Below, in pieces: positions 37,915 to 49,632 of a stretch of DNA of 64,000 nucleotides. The notes beneath the pieces are model-generated. The model did no database searches and was not told the origin of the DNA. It was given only the letters and a program-made list of their open reading frames with translations. Origin of the DNA: Camelus dromedarius. Its lineage: Eukaryota. Positions within the stretch are counted from its first letter, which is position 1; each line of letters opens with the position of its first letter. The stretch lies in NCBI RefSeq assembly GCF_036321535.1, contig NC_087471.1, positions 4,898,001-4,962,000 on the forward strand. The letters run 5' to 3'. The position numbers and the translations under genes are program-made.

Positions 37915-38946
37915 GTGAGCGAGCTGGGCGGCCGGCGCCGGCCTTCCCGGGGCTCAGACCCCCACGTGGCAGGAGCGGACCTGATCCGAGTCCCACAGGA
38001 GCAAAGGCTGCATAACGGTCGTTTTCTCACACTTCTTGTCAGCAGAGCAGCTGATGGGAGCATCAGGTCTGAAAGAAGAGTCTTTCTCCTTAACATGCTG
38101 TTCACTTGCCTGTCTCTCTGACCATAGGTGCTTCGTGTCTAAATGCAGAGGACGCCAGTATGTTTGTCCTTGCCACCAATTTTCTTTCATCATGAGAGAA
38201 ACGTTTATAAGCTATAGATGACAACAATTTGCGAAGTCTAGGAACCAGTAGGTAGGGCAAGACCTGGCACAGATCCACAGTGCCACAGCTGCGGTTCTGA
38301 GGTCTCAGATGCGAACATTAAAGTTCCTCCTAAGTCTGGCACAGAACTCATTTGGTGGCAGAATTTGACGTGTGCTAATACAAGACCATTTATAGTTGCT
38401 CTTGAAAGTTCTACTTAGTACGACTAGTCGCAATATTTATACATTTCACTACAGAAGTAGTGTATCTGACGTGCCACAGCCCGTCGAGGGTTCACGTTAC
38501 ATGGTAGAAACATCGTGTTGGCCCTCCCCCAAATCTGAGCATTTCTCAATTCCAAAACACACCTGGTCACAATGCCTTCATGCAAGGGAAGGGATACTTG
38601 TAGTCCCAAAGTTTACTGCAGTCACAACAAATGAGAGGCTAAGAACTGAGAGCTTGCAGGGGTGAGAAGCGTAGGACTGAGAGGGTCAGGGCAGACAAGT
38701 GTTAGGGACCAGGAATTGAAAGATTGGACACCCACAAGCAGGACATTCCTATGGGAGCCTGATGCTAGAGTGAGACGTCAGCCCTCCAACTGTTTCCGTC
38801 TTCCTTCCTTGGTAAAAAGTAGTGTTGGGATGTGGGCCTGTGCGATTGGACGTGGAGGCTAAGCGGAGATGAAGGAGGGCTGCTGCGATGGGGAAGTCAG
38901 CAGGCATGTTTTAAGAGAGCGCCTTCCCTTTTTCCCTTGGGAACAG

Positions 38947-39140
38947 AGATGGACTGGAAGATCCCCTGGAGGATACAGGTCTGGTCCAGCAGCAGCTGGA
39001 CCAGTTGTCTACAATCGGGCGCTGTGAGTACGAGAAGACGTGTGCGCTTCTCGTGCAGTTGTTTGACCAGTCCGCCCAGTCCTATCAGGAGCTGCTCCAG
39101 AGTGCCAGCGCGAGCCCCATGGACATTGCAGTGCAGGAGG
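38947..39140 (+). CDS. XPO7: Exportin-7 exon 12
   Basis: gaacag|...|gtgagt; 194 nt; (R)[20 protein letters not shown]...MDIAVQE+1 nt. Confidence 0.97.
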
Positions 39141-39595
39141 GTGAGTGGCCCGTGGCCGGGGCCTGGAAGGACGTGCCGTCAGCGCCCTTTCGCTCATTGC
39201 CACCTCTCTTTCACCTTCCCCCCAGAAGACTTCTTCCCTCGTCAGTTAGCTCCATATACACAAAAGAATATTTGTTAGTAATAAATGCCGCTGGGAGCTC
39301 AGGAAGAGCAACAGAAATCATACTAGCAGCGTTTAACTGTAAGCAAGTACTGCACTCTGAAAATAGTGACCCTGTCTGATAGGGGGACCTTGTTCATCTA
39401 ACAGATTTCCCCCCCGGCATCTGCCTTACCAGACCAGAGTGGTAGCTATACTCTGTGAAAACAGTCCGACTTCATGGCTTTTTCAGTGTTCTCAAGATTA
39501 AGGAAGCTCAGAGTAAGAAATGAACCTCACAGTGAAGAATTTCTTCATGAAATTGTCACTGGAGGTGACACTAATGGGTCCCCTTCCTGCTGCAG

Positions 39596-39701
39596 GAAGG
39601 CTGACGTGGCTGGTTTACATCATCGGCGCAGTGATTGGTGGCCGAGTCTCCTTTGCCAGCACTGATGAGCAGGATGCTATGGACGGCGAGCTTGTGTGTC
39701 G
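39596..39701 (+). CDS. XPO7: Exportin-7 exon 13
   Basis: ctgctgcag|...|gtaagt; 106 nt; (G)[34 protein letters not shown]. Confidence 0.97.
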
Positions 39702-40282
39702 GTAAGTGCTCCCACAGAGGCTTCCTGTCGCCCCGCTGTGACCCGCCCACCCTTTGGGTCCTGAGACCACCGGAACTCGACGTGCTTCTGTTAGTGCTTT
39801 CCTCCCCACTTTTAGAACGTCACCTCATGAAGCTAACTGCCCGTGACAGTGGAGGACTGTTCAGGTCCAGCTTCAAGCCTCTTACACGTACAGCAAGAAC
39901 TCTGCCTACAGTTCTTACTGAAAAGCCATCTGTAGTAACTCAGCAGGGAAACGACGGATACAGAATTAGGAGTATTAGAATGCAGGGTGGAGAGTAACTT
40001 TTAGTTCTTTTCAAGAGCACTGTCTCCAAGTGAATGAAATGTGGGCTGCTTCTGCCTCCCCCGAGGACGTCTAATAGGAGAATATCCCCAAAGACGGAAT
40101 TACAGAGTTTCTACAGCCTTTCAGATCTCTTACCGTACACTTTTCCACCTACAGGGTTTCAAGTGATTTTGTATCTGTGTTATTCTCATCTTACTGAAAA
40201 CCTATAAATGAGCATTTAGTGGTTTCTGAAGCTTTCCTTAACATAGAAGTATAAAAAAGGCAGGGTTTTTTAAATACCCTAC

Positions 40283-40740
40283 TGCAGAGGTTTGCAGACC
40301 TTTTCTTCAGGACTCTTTACCTTCAGAATAAAAAGTATTGAGGCCCTTGAAGAGCCCCTGTGTCCGTGAGTATATCTAGCAATACTTAGGTATTAGAGAG
40401 TAAAACTGAGAAGTTTTTGAAATATTTATTAATTCTTTTAAAAATAACAGTAAGCCCATTCCATGTCAACATACAGTATTGTTTTTAATAAACTATTTTT
40501 TCAGAAGAAATTAGTGAGAAAGTGACCTTGTTTTAATGGCGGGCGTAGCAGGAGTCAGCTGGGCTCTCATCTCTGCTGCTGCATTCAGTCTGTTGTGAAA
40601 TCACACATCTTGTGGCCTCTGGAAAAGCCCACTGCACCCCTCATGTGAGAATGTGAGTGAAAGGGCAGATACTGTTCTAGTATTTTGATGAAAATGGTTT
40701 TGTGACCTTGCAGAGAACCAGCACCCTGAAGCGTTCTCAA
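40283..40740. mobile_element. hAT-Charlie element (MER119/Charlie1-like)
   Basis: gaaatcacacatcttgtggcctctggaaaagcccactgcac...gaaagggcagatactgttctagtattttgatgaaaatgg; related to the element at 7189-9087. Confidence 0.65.
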
Positions 40741-41766
40741 CTTTCAGATGCTCTCCTTGGAGAGAAACACATTTTTACATCGTGCCTTAGAATTTATTGG
40801 TCCCCAGACATTTCAGTGCATAATTTTTATTCTTATTCTGAAAATCCCCGTTTGCCTCTCAGCCCCCGCTCTACTTGTCAGCTGCCCATTTGTCCTTAGG
40901 TGCCTCAAGCCTGACAGGTCTCCACCGCACGTCACACTGGCTTTTTTTTTGAAGAGCTGAGCAAAGATTTAATAGGAGTAAAATCTAACACTTTTCTGTT
41001 TCTGCAGCCTGGTGTGATGCTCTGTGTGTGTTGTAATGTAAACGGAGTTTACACAGTGTTTTGTATACTGGTTCTCAAGTTGTGTGTTGCAGCACAAAGA
41101 CTGAGTCAGATTCGCTCATGATGTCACAAATAGTTTGTTACCTGTTTTCATACTATCAAGATGTCAGATGATTCACTGGTCATAACATCATTCAGCATTC
41201 ACTCACTTGCGTTCCAGTATGCCTTCTTTCGGGGGGACAGGCTCGGGGAAGAGGGGTGAAGTCACAGGTGGCATTTCTGCTCTTGGTTCCTGGAAGTGTT
41301 ACCTGCCTGTGAACATTCTCCTTCACGTGTCTCCTTTCCTTGCACGGCTCCATGAGAAAAAAGACTGAGATCCACTGGTTTAGTCCAATCTCCCTCATTT
41401 TATCGGTGACGAGCCAAGACTCGGAAAATAAACTGCTTTACTCAGGGTCTCACAGACGTTTCAAGGATGACCATTAGTTCTAGTGTTTTTCCCCCTGTTT
41501 TTAAGTGATTACGAATTCTGCTTCTGTCCACAGTCACAGGGGACTGGAAGTTTTAAACATCTAACTAGTCATTCACATGCCTCGCCTTTGCTTCCTGTGG
41601 GGCAGAAATAGAGAATTTTGTTTTCGTCAGTGGAGCTTAGAGCCTGCAGAGAATGCCTCTCCAGGGGAATGGGTGACGAGAGGAGACGTGACTGTTCAGG
41701 GTGGGCCTGATCTGCAGCGCCCAGGATACCCTGCTGCTGAGAGAACCGTTGCTCTTGTTCCTCCAG

Positions 41767-41902
41767 GGTGCTCCAGCTCATGAACCTGACGGACTCCCGC
41801 CTGGCCCAGGCAGGGAACGAGAAGCTGGAACTGGCCATGCTGAGCTTTTTTGAGCAGTTCCGTAAGATCTACATTGGGGACCAGGTGCAGAAGTCCTCTA
41901 AG
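41767..41902 (+). CDS. XPO7: Exportin-7 exon 14
   Basis: gttcctccag|...|gtaaca; 136 nt; (R)[25 protein letters not shown]...QVQKSSK. Confidence 0.97.
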
Positions 41903-42414
41903 GTAACAGACTCTTAGTTGACTCCATTTAATTCTCACTTTTGCTTGTGGAGTTTCTGATTAAGAGAATTGGCTAATAACAGTTTAGGCACAATCTCCAG
42001 ATTTTATGTTATCAGATGATCCAAATCATTTCTCTTAGTAGAATTTTGAGAGACTCATCAAAGAATTGGGTCCATTTTTCTAGTACTTCATGTGCTTGAT
42101 AAATGGCCAATCAAAACATCCGTTGGTCTCCTCCACATTGACAGTTCTCAGCCTCTGTACATAAATTGATGTTTGGAACAGCAGAAGGTTTGACAGCACT
42201 GTTTTCAGCTTCAGGGTCGAAGAGGGACTGGTGAGACAGCTCGGCGTCTCTCCCATGTTCAGTAGCACTTAGAAGCCAGCTCATTGCCACAATAAGACCT
42301 CCTCAGCATTATTGTCCGTTTTCTTCTCAAGTCTTACCTCCTGAATGAGGACAAAAGTATTCCTGGGATACTATTTTTCTAATCATTCTTTCTTTTCCCT
42401 AAACGCCCTACCAG

Positions 42415-42488
42415 CTGTACCGCCGACTCTCCGAAGTTCTGGGCTTGAACGATGAGACCATGGTCCTAAGCGTCTTCATAGGAAAAAT
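42415..42488 (+). CDS. XPO7: Exportin-7 exon 15
   Basis: cctaccag|...|gtaagt; 74 nt; LYRRLSEVLGLNDETMVLSVFIGK+2 nt. Confidence 0.96.
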
Positions 42489-43653
42489 GTAAGTGTTTTG
42501 GCTTGCCACCAGCAAGAGTCCCTTGCAATCCTGTTGCAACTGTAAGATGTGATCTCGGCATTGNNNNNNNNNNNNNNNNNNNNNNNNNNNNNNNNNNNNN
42601 NNNNNNNNNNNNNNNNNNNNNNNNNNNNNNNNNNNNNNNNNNNNNNNNNNNNNNNNNNNNNNNNNNNNNNNNNNNNNNNNNNNNNNNNNNNNNNNNNNNN
42701 NNNNNNNNNNNACCTCACCTGCAGCCTCTGGAATCACAGGTGAAGCCCCGTCGCAGCATTAGCAAAAACAGGCCGTCCTCCCCAGTGGCTGGCGCTCAGC
42801 CTCTCGCCAGATCACCCTGCTCAGGATGCCCAGAGTGGGCATTCACTTTCTGGTGCCAATTTCCGCTAGGTGTGCCCCCGAGGAGAGGAGCCCTACTTTA
42901 AAACAGGCTTACTTACTCCTCTCGAAAAGCATCACACCCTTTGAGCGTCTTGAATCTTCAAAATCTAGTGCTGTTGTTTGAATTGTCATCAAAGTTGGAG
43001 CTCCTGATTGGCCCTTTTTTATTTCTTCTTCTTTTTTTTTTCCTTTTTTTAAAGTTATGCCCCTTTGTTTGCATTTTCCCCTTTTTAGGAGCTCAGTTTA
43101 TCAAAGCACACACAAGGAGCCAAATAAATTACCCAGGGCTGTGTGCACTGTGACATTTTGCCTCCTTCCAACCATCCCAATCCTAAACACTCATATCCAT
43201 GAGCTGGTTAATAATTTAAGATGANNNNNNNNNNNNNNNNNNNNNNNNNNNNNNNNNNNNNNNNNNNNNNNNNNNNNNNNNNNNNNNNNNNNNNNNNNNN
43301 NNNNNNNNNNNNNNNNNNNNNNNNNNNNNNNNNNNNNNNNNNNNNNNNNNNNNNNNNNNNNNNNNNNNNNNNNNNNNNNNNNNNNNNNNNNNNNNNNNNN
43401 NNNNNNNNNNNNNNNNNNNNNNNNNNNNNNNNNNNNNNNNNNNNNNNNNNNNNNNNNNNNNNNNNNNNNNNNNNNNNNNNNNNNNNNNNNNNNNNNNNNN
43501 NNNNNNNNNNNNNNNNGTGGTTGTGATGTCTGTGAATTGGTGATGCAGATGTGTGGTGATTCTTGATGGATGATTTTCTTCTTCTCCCAACCCTCAAGGA
43601 AACCAGGCATATCAAAAGTGTCTCTTGCTTTTTTTCTTCTTTTTGTCCTCCAG

Positions 43654-43734
43654 CATCACCAACCTGAAGTACTGGGGCCGCTGTGAGCCAATCACGTCCA
43701 AGACACTACAGCTTCTCAATGACCTCTCCATCGG
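43654..43734 (+). CDS. XPO7: Exportin-7 exon 16 (ends at a U12 AT donor)
   Basis: gtcctccag|...ATC GG|atatcctttt; 81 nt; (I)[26 protein letters not shown](G). Confidence 0.95.
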
Positions 43735-44662
43735 ATATCCTTTTCAAAACAGGACCTGTAGAGTGCCGTGGCCTCAGAAATCATGGCCTCCTGCTGTTTC
43801 CACATAAAGCTTCCATTTAGCTTTATGTGTACTTAAGTATCTTCCATTGTCCTAGGAGCCAAAGGCAATGCCCACGTAGACCCCAGGAATGATTCCAGAC
43901 CCTAAAAACGGGCCAGCTCATTAGCTGATAGCCCACTGCAGATTTATTCCTGGCTGTCTCTAAGCTGTAAAACCACCCAGCGGGTCTGTCTGGTAGATAC
44001 ACTCTCTCTGTAGCCAAGCTTTTAACACAGGTGGTAGCAGAGTCCATTTGGGTTGTCTGTCATCCTGTTCGCAGAAGCAGCCTGATTGCAAGCTTTGCAA
44101 TGAAAGTGGCGGCAGAGCTTCCTGTCGCCGTGGACCAGGTCTGCTGTAGAGGCTGAATTGCTCTAAGACAGCCTGTCACAACCAGGGCTCTGCAAGAGAA
44201 GCAAACTCTGAAAATTAGGTGACTTTTTTCTTAATCTTTCTCCCAAAGATTGTACATAGCTAGTCCCATTCTAAGTGCATAGGAGAGAAGCCAATTTACC
44301 ACACACAGTGGATGCCTTCGGCAGACTCTTAGGGCCTAATTTTCTCTTAGAAGCCCCGTTGAGAAAAGCTGCTCTAGGATGTTCTTGATTCTTGGGGAGA
44401 ACTGCTGGGTTTTGTCTGTTTTCTTGCAGATGGGAGTTTGCTGTGGGTATGCTTTCATTGATCAGTTAAATGCTGCTTAGAAGAGAACACATTTCTTTTC
44501 CCCATTTCCAGTGTCATACACAAATGGTTACGAAAAATAAGATCTCTGGGTATGGACTTCATAGTAACGAAAGAAACTGCTCGATTCTAGAAAGTTCTTA
44601 TTCTGCATTAAAGAGTCTTAGTTTGCAGCATACTTTCCTTGACCCTCTTGCTTTGTCTTCAC
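43735..44662 (+). other. XPO7: U12-type (minor spliceosome) AT-AC intron 16
   Basis: 5' end ATATCCTTTT, branch motif TTCCTTGAC at 44635-44643, 3' end ...tcttcAC. AT-AC boundaries restore IG|YSSVRK in frame. Confidence 0.93.
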
Positions 44663-44726
44663 ATACAGTAGTGTCAGGAAACTCGTGAAGCTGAGCGCGG
44701 TACAGTTCATGCTGAACAATCACACA
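44663..44726 (+). CDS. XPO7: Exportin-7 exon 17
   Basis: AC|A TAC AGT AGT GTC AGG...CAC ACA|gtgagt; 64 nt; [21 protein letters not shown]. Confidence 0.95.
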
Positions 44727-45120
44727 GTGAGTGGTTTTAGCCCCTCTTCCTGACCCTGCTCCGCAGCCGTCCCCACGTGTAAAGGAGACGTTTAAGTTGA
44801 GCTCCTTGGTGCCGCCCAGCCTCACTCCAGAGCCTGTTCCCGGCCTCCCGTCACACTGCCGGGTTTCACTTGCTGTCGTCACAGCTGATCTCTGGGATCC
44901 ACGGACCTGAGTTATGTCACCTGCTGTTTCTCGTACTAAGATAAATTAGCTGTTGGTGACAATGACTAAATTTTTTTTTTAATTTTAAATACCCCTCATA
45001 CCCTTAAGGAATGATGATATAGCCATTCGCTTGAAAGGGCTCGGTCGTTCTAAACGTAGTGGCTTGCATTCTGCCTCTGGCCCATGTTTTTATCTTTTTA
45101 ACTTGTTTTCTCTTTTTCAG

Positions 45121-45229
45121 AGCGAGCACTTTGCATTTTTGGGTATTAACAATCAGTCCAACCTGACAGACATGCGGTGTCGAACCACCTTCTACACAGC
45201 ACTTGGGCGTCTCCTCATGGTGGATCTAG
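45121..45229 (+). CDS. XPO7: Exportin-7 exon 18
   Basis: ctttttcag|...|gtactg; 109 nt; [36 protein letters not shown]+1 nt. Confidence 0.96.
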
Positions 45230-46047
45230 GTACTGCAGTAAATCCTAGAGGCTTGTAAAGGAATCTGGCGTTGTTCTGAATTTTTTACTTGAGGATAGAA
45301 AACAAGAAGGGGGGGAAGTCTTTTCTGTTGTTTCAAAAGTAACAAAACTATCTGAAATAACAGCCTGATTTCACCAAGAACTGATCATGCTGTCGTGGTC
45401 CCTGTAACTGGAAGAGAGTAACAGGACGCATCTTAAGTTTTCATCTGATGAGCAGTAGTTTTAAAATTCTGTTCGTAATTCTCGTCTGTAAAATAGTGGG
45501 ATTGAGAGTGAGACTCCTCAGTGCATCTGGTCTGGCCCATGGCCCTTCCGCCCCCACTTCACTAGCAGCTGTGAAGCGGGAGGGCTTACGCGCCTTTCTA
45601 GCTGTGGGGGTGATGTGAGCACTTTGGGGTCGACTTATAACTGAAGCTCAATGGCATCATGATTTTTAGCTATTTAAATTTAATCCTGCTAAAATTACGT
45701 TATAAAATGTTCTATGTTTATGAAAGATTACTGAAAAAAAAAAAAGAAGAAAGGCCTGATTTAAGGTCGAGTGTCGCCTGGTTCTCATACCCCAGACCCA
45801 GTCCTTTCTCCACTGACCGTACTTCTCACTTAAGGAAAAATAAATACACACAAGAATCTCTAATATTGAAGCTCAATTTTTAAACCCTTGGGACATCCCT
45901 GGACTTGATGATTTGCGCAGTGATGATTTTTTGACCCTCTGAATTACCCTTGGGTCTGCTTGCCTTTCACACCGTCTTATTTTCCACACACACACAACCT
46001 TGCATTTTTTAACACTGGGGTCACACCCTGGGTTGTTTTCCTTACAG

Positions 46048-46154
46048 GAGAGGATGAAGATCAGTATGAGCAGTTCATGCTGCCACTCACGGCAGCGTTT
46101 GAGGCTGTGGCCCAGATGTTTAGCACTAATAGTTTCAACGAGCAAGAAGCAAAG
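46048..46154 (+). CDS. XPO7: Exportin-7 exon 19
   Basis: ccttacag|...|gtgagt; 107 nt; (G)[35 protein letters not shown]. Confidence 0.97.
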
Positions 46155-46299
46155 GTGAGTGTGACTGGGCAGCTTCTGGCTGAGGGCAGTCCCTGAGGCT
46201 GGAGAGCAGTGCAGAAAACAGTGCTCACTCATAGGTTTTCCCCTGATCTTAGTTTTTTATTTAGTCTCTTGGACTCAGGGATTTTGAAATAGAAGAACT

Positions 46300-47010
46300 A
46301 GTATAGATTTATAAACTATTTTTATGTAAAACTGTGTTCTTAAATAGCCTTTAGGATTTTTTGTCTAAATTTTCAAATGAGCGAGCATAAAGTTAATTTT
46401 GTATGTTTTCTCATTGCTTTTTTAATCTCTGTTGTGTAGTTATGCCCCATTTTCATTTTTAACACTGCTTCTTAGTGCCTTCTCTCTTTTTTCTAGATCA
46501 GTCCTGCCAGAGAGTTGTTAATTTTATTAGTCTTTGCCTCCTCCAAAAATTTTGTTTTCTTTTTTTCCTCTTTGCTTTGTTTTAGCTCTGTTTCTTCTCT
46601 TCCTCCAAGTGTTTCTATTCAGTCTTTATTTTCACACATTTTCCTTGGGGTTGTCCTCTTCATATCACTTCTTAGCTTTTAGGCCCTTCTTTCCTCATAT
46701 AATCATTTAAAACTATAAATCTCCCTCTAGGTGTATTATTCTACAAGTGCTTTTTTTTAATTGGGGTAAAAAACACATAAAATTTACAGTCTTAGCCATT
46801 TTTAACTATACAATTTAGTAGCATGAAGTATATTCACATTGTTGTGAAACTGGTCTCCAGAATCCACAAGTTTTTACATGTAACGTTTTCATTATCATTC
46901 AGTTCAGTTCTTTGTATTGTCTAATTTCCATTATGATTTCTTCTTTGACCCGTGAGTCATTTAGGAGAGTTTGTCCATTTCCATATATATGGAATTTTAA
47001 AATTACCTTT
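46300..47010 (-). mobile_element. Old L1 remnants (with an L1 3'-end piece at about 46750-46860)
   Basis: atcagtcctgccagagagttg...; acataaaatttacagtcttagccatttttaactatacaatttagtagc. Confidence 0.55.
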
Positions 47011-47835
47011 AGTTACTGATTTCTGGCTCTCAGAAATCAATAACTAAAGGTTATTGTCATTTCTTGGTTTTTGCTTTCTTCATCTTTCTATTTCACGCAC
47101 ACCTGCTCTCCTTACCTATAGATCTCTGTACCAAATCCAGAAAACACCCGACTTCTAATACTTGTAAGACTTCTTTGCAGCAGCGTTCATAATGACACTG
47201 AGACTGAATTTTAGAGCCACCAAATAGCCAGGGGGATTACCCCCTAAAATGCCGGGCTTTACCTAAGATTCTGTAATTCTCCTTTCACCTACAGAAAGCC
47301 TCTTCGTTTTCTCTCTCCAGATTAGCGGGGAAGTCAGAAAGCAACACGTGTCCTGCTCTCTCCTCTTTACTCCAGTGTGCTGGAGGCTGGGATGAGCAGC
47401 ACTCAAAGCTAAAGTTAACTTACCAATAACTTAGGCCGAGTATCAGCCACTATCGTGGGTAATTGAGGGGTATTAGTGAATGTCAGCCCTTTCCCCCATC
47501 ACATTAGTTCCATAACAAAGCAAGTAAAATTAATGGAAAGAACCACCTTGGCCATGAATTCAGTCATCATCATATCTTTGTCATGCCTCATAGAACAAGT
47601 CTTTCAGATTGCCCATGTCTTAGACTTGAGAACTGAGCTTACGGTATCAGTTTAGGAATAGAACTGTTTACTTAAAGCAGGCTGTTAGCGGAAGTGCAGA
47701 TGCTTTTGACAAATGAGTCAGGACACCCAGGTTGCTCCCTCCTTGAGCCTACTGATGACTGTTAGCTTTTAACAGCAGCCTTATTGCTGTTCAGGGCCCA
47801 CAAGTAAAAGTTCTGTTGGGAAAGTGAACATTGGA

Positions 47836-47950
47836 TTTGGAGTCTTGGACCTATGAGTCCTAATCCTGGCCCTCTTGCTACCTGCCAGCACGACTCTGAG
47901 CAAGTTACTTGACCTCACTGGGCCTCAGGCTCTTTTTCTGTAAAAGGACA
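47836..47950 (+). mobile_element. MIR SINE
   Basis: gagtcctaatcctggccctcttgctacc...gagcaagttacttgacctcactgggcctcag. Confidence 0.65.
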
Positions 47951-48484
47951 GTGTAGTATCTCATGGCTCCAAGATCCAACACATCAGTCTCCTTCCAGAC
48001 ACCCCAGCCGAAGGGCAGGTCCCTTGTGGACCCCTGTCTTCCTCTTCGCAGGGTCCGCACGGTGTTCCTGTGGTGCTGGCGCCTTTGTAATGAGATGTGA
48101 TGGCGCTTCTCCCGTGGCTTCTGCGTCCTGTTTCGCTTTTTTTTTTTTTTTTTTTTTTTTCCTTGCTTCTTCATTAAGCTTTTTTCCTTTTCCATTTCTT
48201 ACATGTGATTTATCACATTAATGTCTTAAGATTTTATCAGCCTCAGTTTTGGCTGTAATGGGCCAGGAACCATCCCTTTGTCTTGGTATAACAAGCTTCC
48301 AAAACTCATTTTCCCAGTGAAGAGACTCCATTTTACTATGAAAGAGACCAAGTCAGGGTATTTGGGAGGGAGGCATTTGTTGAACAATGGGAAGAAGAGT
48401 TTGACTCCAGACGTGGAATCCCCGTCAGGTGCTTACGGGGTTGGTTTTTCTTCTATTCTAACATATGTTTGCCTTCCCCTACAG

Positions 48485-48573
48485 CGAACTCTAGTCGGCC
48501 TAGTAAGAGACCTGCGAGGGATAGCTTTTGCCTTCAATGCCAAGACCAGCTTCATGATGCTGTTTGAATGGAT
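48485..48573 (+). CDS. XPO7: Exportin-7 exon 20 (ends at a U12-like GT donor)
   Basis: cccctacag|...TGG AT|gtatcctacc; 89 nt; [29 protein letters not shown](I). Confidence 0.95.
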
Positions 48574-49289
48574 GTATCCTACCTAACTTGAACTAGGAGT
48601 GGACCACAGTAAACCTTAACTGGAGAGTGAATGGGTGATGGAGTCCCCGGGGAGGAGGGTGGGGGGCGAGTTGAGAGGCAAAGAAAGTGAAGAGTGACCC
48701 CAAAGGCCTGCCATATGTCTTGTAAGCCGTCACTCTGGGGTGGTCTGATGACTAACGCTGCCTGCTCTGGTCATTGAGATGGGGGAATGAGTGTGGTCCC
48801 AGTTAGAAATGCCTGTGGAACTGTTGCATGTGAATTTTGCTACACTTTAAAAAAAGAGAGACATTTTGATCTACTGGGAAAAAAAGGCAGCTTTACTAGG
48901 AATTAGAAAGTCTAACCTTACTAACTTCACAATCTTGAACAAGTCACCACAAATCTGAGTGCCGCTGTGTCTCAGATTGTTATGTAAAGGAAATAGCTGG
49001 TACTCTGACATCATGTCACAGAGGTGGTAAGAGGATAAATAACAATATGAAGCACGCTGCGCTCTTCAGAAGAAAGGCGTTGTGTAAACTGCAGTGTGTT
49101 GTTAGATGCCAGTGACAGTTAAAGGACACCGTCACCGGCATCTTCTGTTAGAAAGACTCCAGGATCAGCAGCAAGAGACAGGAGACTAGAGAACTGTCAT
49201 TTGGCAGTTTGTTTGACCAGTGCTGAGAAATTACTTTAAATTCTGTACCTTTCTGGATTCAGAATTCTTCCTTAGCTTTTCATTTACAG
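48574..49289 (+). other. XPO7: Probable U12-type GT-AG intron 20
   Basis: 5' end GTATCCTACC (RTATCCT core; poor U1 match). TTCCTTAGC at 49268-49276, 13 nt from the intron end. Short pyrimidine tract. Confidence 0.8.
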
Positions 49290-49397
49290 CTATCCATCCT
49301 ACATGCCAATTCTCCAGCGGGCAATTGAGCTATGGTACCATGATCCAGCCTGTACCACACCTGTGCTCAAGCTGATGGCTGAACTGGTTCATAACAG
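49290..49397 (+). CDS. XPO7: Exportin-7 exon 21
   Basis: catttacag|C TAT CCA TCC TAC...AAC AG|gtaagc; 108 nt; [35 protein letters not shown]. Confidence 0.96.
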
Positions 49398-49632
49398 GTA
49401 AGCAGGAAGGTCTTCACAGGGCACAGCTGCCCTCTTACCTGAGAAATCCCTAAGAGAATTTTCTCCATCTAGTGTTCACAGCAGATTGTGGAAGATGCTA
49501 AGAATCACTGGTGTCAAAATTTAAAAACCACTAAAAGATAATGTGTGTGTGTTTTTGTTTGAAAGCAGGTTGTCCCCAGTTACACAAAGCCACTGCTGCT
49601 TACAGGAAATAAGTCATTTTAAAAAATCTACT

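Noticed and set aside
38087-38105. TCCTTAAC followed by AC 10 nt later in intron 11 (also TTTCCTTAAC at 40233-40242 in intron 13)
   Set aside because: They look like U12 3' ends, but those introns have ordinary U2 donors and no RTATCCT partner. An 8-mer is expected about once per window by chance.
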